The position numbers and the translations under genes are program-made. A stretch of 63,928 bases of DNA, the filler included, from an uncultured Methanoregulaceae archaeon (lineage in GTDB: Archaea; Halobacteriota; Methanomicrobia; Methanomicrobiales; Methanospirillaceae), in assembly GCA_964530035.1 (NCBI GenBank). It is 5 parts of 5 records of this genome, joined end to end, with 100 filler letters (N's around TTAATTAATTAA, not from the genome) between each part and the next. Parts side by side here need not be neighbours in the genome. Positions count along the whole stretch, not along the records: positions 58,328 to 63,928 come from CAZGXZ010000164.1; 4 more parts are not named here. One strand, written 5' to 3'. Position 1 is the stretch's first letter; each line of letters begins with the position of its first letter. The notes under the pieces are model-generated. The model saw nothing but the letters and a program-made list of their open reading frames with translations, had not been told where the DNA came from and made no database searches. Below, piece by piece: positions 61,346-63,928 of the stretch.

Positions 61346-62434
61346 TCACCCGTTCCTGTAGGTCCCTTTCGGCAGGAGTATTTCGAACCGTGCACCCTGA
61401 CCTGGAGTACCGTTCTCAGTGATGGTCAGGCCGGTTATGTCAAGCACTTCCCGGATCAGGAACAGCCCAAGCCCGGTATTTGTTCCATAGCCCCTCTGGA
61501 AGATAAGCGGCTTGACCTCGTCAGGGATACCACGCCCGTCGTCCTCGTAGACCAGGTGGCCTTCTTCGTCCTTTTCAAGGAAGGATATCGTTATCCTGGT
61601 CACCGTGCCCCCGTGGCGGACAGAATTGTCGATGAGGTTGTAGAACACCTTTTCAAGGAGGGGGTCGGCGAATATCTCCAGCCGGCCGGTTGTGACTGAG
61701 ACCTCGGGTCCGTGATCCGCGAACAGGGGGACAACCTTTTCAACGGTAGTCGATACGACATGCCACAGGGGGTTGTTGATCCCCATGTCCTGGTAGTCCT
61801 TGGTGAACGTGATCTCCTTCTGGATGACATCGGCGATGTCCCAAACCTTGTGTACATACCTGCCCTTTTCTGAGTCCTGGTCCATCTCCTCAAGGAGCAG
61901 GCCGGTATAGCCCTTGATCCCCATGACCTGGTTGAGGATGTCATGCCGGGTGATGCTCGACAGGAGGTTGAGCTTCTTGTTCGCCCTGAAAAGGGCGTCC
62001 TGTGCGGCTTTCGTCTTGTGCTGGAGGCTCCGCACGGTCTTGATCTGGAGGACGAGGTCGGTCACGTCCTCGAGGATGATGATTGCCATTTTCAGGTCGG
62101 CATGGCTCTCGATGTATGGCATGATCGTGGTTGTATGGACCCTGGGGTTGCCGTCCGGGCGTGTCGAGGGGATGACGCTCTGGTGGAGCTGGGAAGAAAA
62201 GAAGCAGGGCGGACCACCATGGAAGAGCGCATCGATCCGGGACGCATAGGGAAAGCCGGCAAGGTGGGGGTAATGGGTAACGAGCGACTGCCCGGTCATA
62301 TCAGTGCGGGACCTCCCGGTCCAGATCTCAAGACAGGTATTCCAGAACCTGACCATCAGCCGCTCATCGATGATACAGACCCCGACCGGCAGTGCATCGA
62401 GGATGTTCCAGGTGTCCTTGTGGTCCATTTGCAT
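61346..62434 (-). CDS. PAS-domain sensor histidine kinase
   Basis: PAS (LPVGVCIID...WN), H-box ITRHDILNQ, NLIDNSVRHG, DDGRG, GLGLF. Confidence 0.95.
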   Translation of the reverse strand: MQMDHKDTWNILDALPVGVCIIDERLMVRFWNTCLEIWTGRSRTDMTGQSLVTHYPHLAGFPYASRIDALFHGGPPCFFSSQLHQSVIPSTRPDGNPRVHTTTIMPYIESHADLKMAIIILEDVTDLVLQIKTVRSLQHKTKAAQDALFRANKKLNLLSSITRHDILNQVMGIKGYTGLLLEEMDQDSEKGRYVHKVWDIADVIQKEITFTKDYQDMGINNPLWHVVSTTVEKVVPLFADHGPEVSVTTGRLEIFADPLLEKVFYNLIDNSVRHGGTVTRITISFLEKDEEGHLVYEDDGRGIPDEVKPLIFQRGYGTNTGLGLFLIREVLDITGLTITENGTPGQGARFEILLPKGTYRNG

Positions 62435-63042
62435 CAGGCAAACCCGGAGTTTCCTTCCTTGATCTTGTCAATGAGAATTTCAAGGGCACCGATGTCGAGG
62501 ATCATGATGATCTTGCCGGCAATGTTGCTGTTTTGGACCTGGAACATGGTGTTGGCCAGGATGATCTCCTTCTCATCGTCCCACCCCGACTGTTCGATAA
62601 GCGTCATTATTGCGCTTAAGTGATAGGTCGGTATCGTGTACGTCAGGTGTTCCCTGAGGACATTGCTGATCGAACCCATCACGCCGTTGACGATGATATT
62701 CGCGACCTCCTTTAGCGTATCGACCATGACGGCGTCCAGTTCTTCAGCCTCGTACGAGTCCTGGAGGATGAGGTTCACCAGGTTCGCAGCGCTTTCCGGC
62801 GGGATCATGAGTGCCGTCTTGCCTGAGAACTCCCCTGAGAACTCGAGGTATACCGTTGCCATCGGCTGCTTCATCATGAAGTCAGGCTCGCTGGAGATCT
62901 CGGAGAGCCTCAGGAGACGGACATCCGGTACAAAGAGCTTGATACGGGAATGGGTCAGTTCCGCAAGCATTGCGGCTGAATTGCCGACCCCGATGTTAAT
63001 CAGCTCCTGGATGGCATCGAGGACGAATGGCTCGGGTCTCAT
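62434..63042 (-). CDS. cheC: CheC-family phosphatase
   Basis: Two ExxN motifs: DAIQELINIG and DTLKEVANI. Confidence 0.9.
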   Translation of the reverse strand: MRPEPFVLDAIQELINIGVGNSAAMLAELTHSRIKLFVPDVRLLRLSEISSEPDFMMKQPMATVYLEFSGEFSGKTALMIPPESAANLVNLILQDSYEAEELDAVMVDTLKEVANIIVNGVMGSISNVLREHLTYTIPTYHLSAIMTLIEQSGWDDEKEIILANTMFQVQNSNIAGKIIMILDIGALEILIDKIKEGNSGFA

Positions 63043-63046
63043 TGGC

Positions 63047-63409
63047 TTAGTCCCTGGACAATGCCTTTGAGACAGCGTCGAGGAGGACCGCCTTGTTGAT
63101 GGGTTTTGTCAGGAATGCCACGGCTCCTTTTTCCATGCACTCCTCGTGCGTCGTCTTCTGGATGTCCGCAGTGCTCATGATGACCGGTATACCGGGATAG
63201 TTCGTCCTGATCTCCTGGAGTACCTCGATTCCATTCATATCCGGCATGAGGATGTCAAGGATGACAAGGTCAGGTCTCTGTGACCCTGTCATTTCCAGGC
63301 CTTCACGTCCGTTTTTCGCCTGGATAACGTCGTACCCCTCGTTTTTCAGGATAGATGTTATTATGGTCCTCTGAAATCCTGAATCATCCGTAACGAGAAT
63401 AACTGCCAA
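63047..63409 (-). CDS. CheY-like single-domain response regulator
   Basis: VTDDS, ILDILMPDMNG, STAD, FLTKP; TTG start with AAGGTGG SD. Confidence 0.92.
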   Translation of the reverse strand: MAVILVTDDSGFQRTIITSILKNEGYDVIQAKNGREGLEMTGSQRPDLVILDILMPDMNGIEVLQEIRTNYPGIPVIMSTADIQKTTHEECMEKGAVAFLTKPINKAVLLDAVSKALSRD

Positions 63410-63928
63410 GAATCCACCTTCCGGTACTAAAGATGTATGATAAAAAGTATTTGAATCTGCCATCGTACGGTGGGCGCAGCGGACGTGGGGAGCAAGGCAA
63501 CTGACCCGCAGGTTGCCTGTACTTCGGGGGGGTTACCTGCCCTCCCGGGGGACCCCTTTTCTTCGATTTGATGGACGGCACAGAAACGCCCTATCCGATA
63601 TATCCCCTGGTATCTACGAGTTTGTATTCCAGTAGAAATGGTGCTCGGGAATGTACTTTACCAGGAGTACCCGTTCACCTTTCCTGGCATTGACCCTACG
63701 TCGTGCTCCCCGGTCCGTGAAGAGGTCCGCCGATGGAATGGTTCGGACAGGAAGGATGCCACGCTGACAGGCGCCTGCGGCTTGCACGACAACCAAACCG
63801 CAGTTACTTAATAGCCGGAACCTTACACTGTTGTCACCTATGGAATCCTCCCGGAAGAATGCGGGTGTGCCCTCCCGGACGGAATCGGACAGCATGGGAA
63901 AGATCGAGGTCCCGGCTGACCATTACTG

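Noticed and set aside
63614..63895. 93-aa ORF at the window end
   Set aside because: No recognisable motif and truncated context.
1..63928. CRISPR array, rRNA, transposase or prophage
   Set aside because: No repeat-spacer periodicity, rRNA signature or mobile-element ORF was seen.

Overview
Archaeal draft-genome (probably MAG) sequence from a hydrogenotrophic methanogen, most consistent with Methanomicrobiales (Methanoregulaceae/Methanolinea-like; inferred from gene content and protein style). It is not one locus. Four artificial 100-bp linkers (N44-TTAATTAATTAA-N44) join five contigs whose complete members decrease in length (14486, 14460, 14439 bp), so adjacency across linkers means nothing. 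Content is mostly housekeeping: dph5, feoB, polX, fibrillarin/nop5, cbf5, iorAB, nadX/nadC, thg1, ileS, moeA, dtdA-ftsZ-secE-spt5-rpl11/1/10/12, thiC, rnz, rnhB, a geranylgeranyl reductase, and three tRNAs (Ser-GGA, Ile-GAT, Pro-GGG). Highlights: (1) a mercury-methylation cluster (AbrB-like gene, hgcA, hgcB) with Cys-rich tails; (2) a diverged ~240-280 bp non-coding hairpin-ended repeat in two inverted copies on contig 1; (3) a CheY-CheC-PAS kinase operon followed by a STAS protein fused to an acetolactate-decarboxylase-like domain, facing an atypical CDF transporter; (4) a DtdA whose C-terminus carries a clear copy of the RNase Z tRNA-binding arm; (5) degenerate KaiC-like domains, one fused to an MglA-like GTPase, in an operon with dph5; (6) several candidate structured leaders and operators. 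All assignments come from reading motifs by eye; no searches were run.
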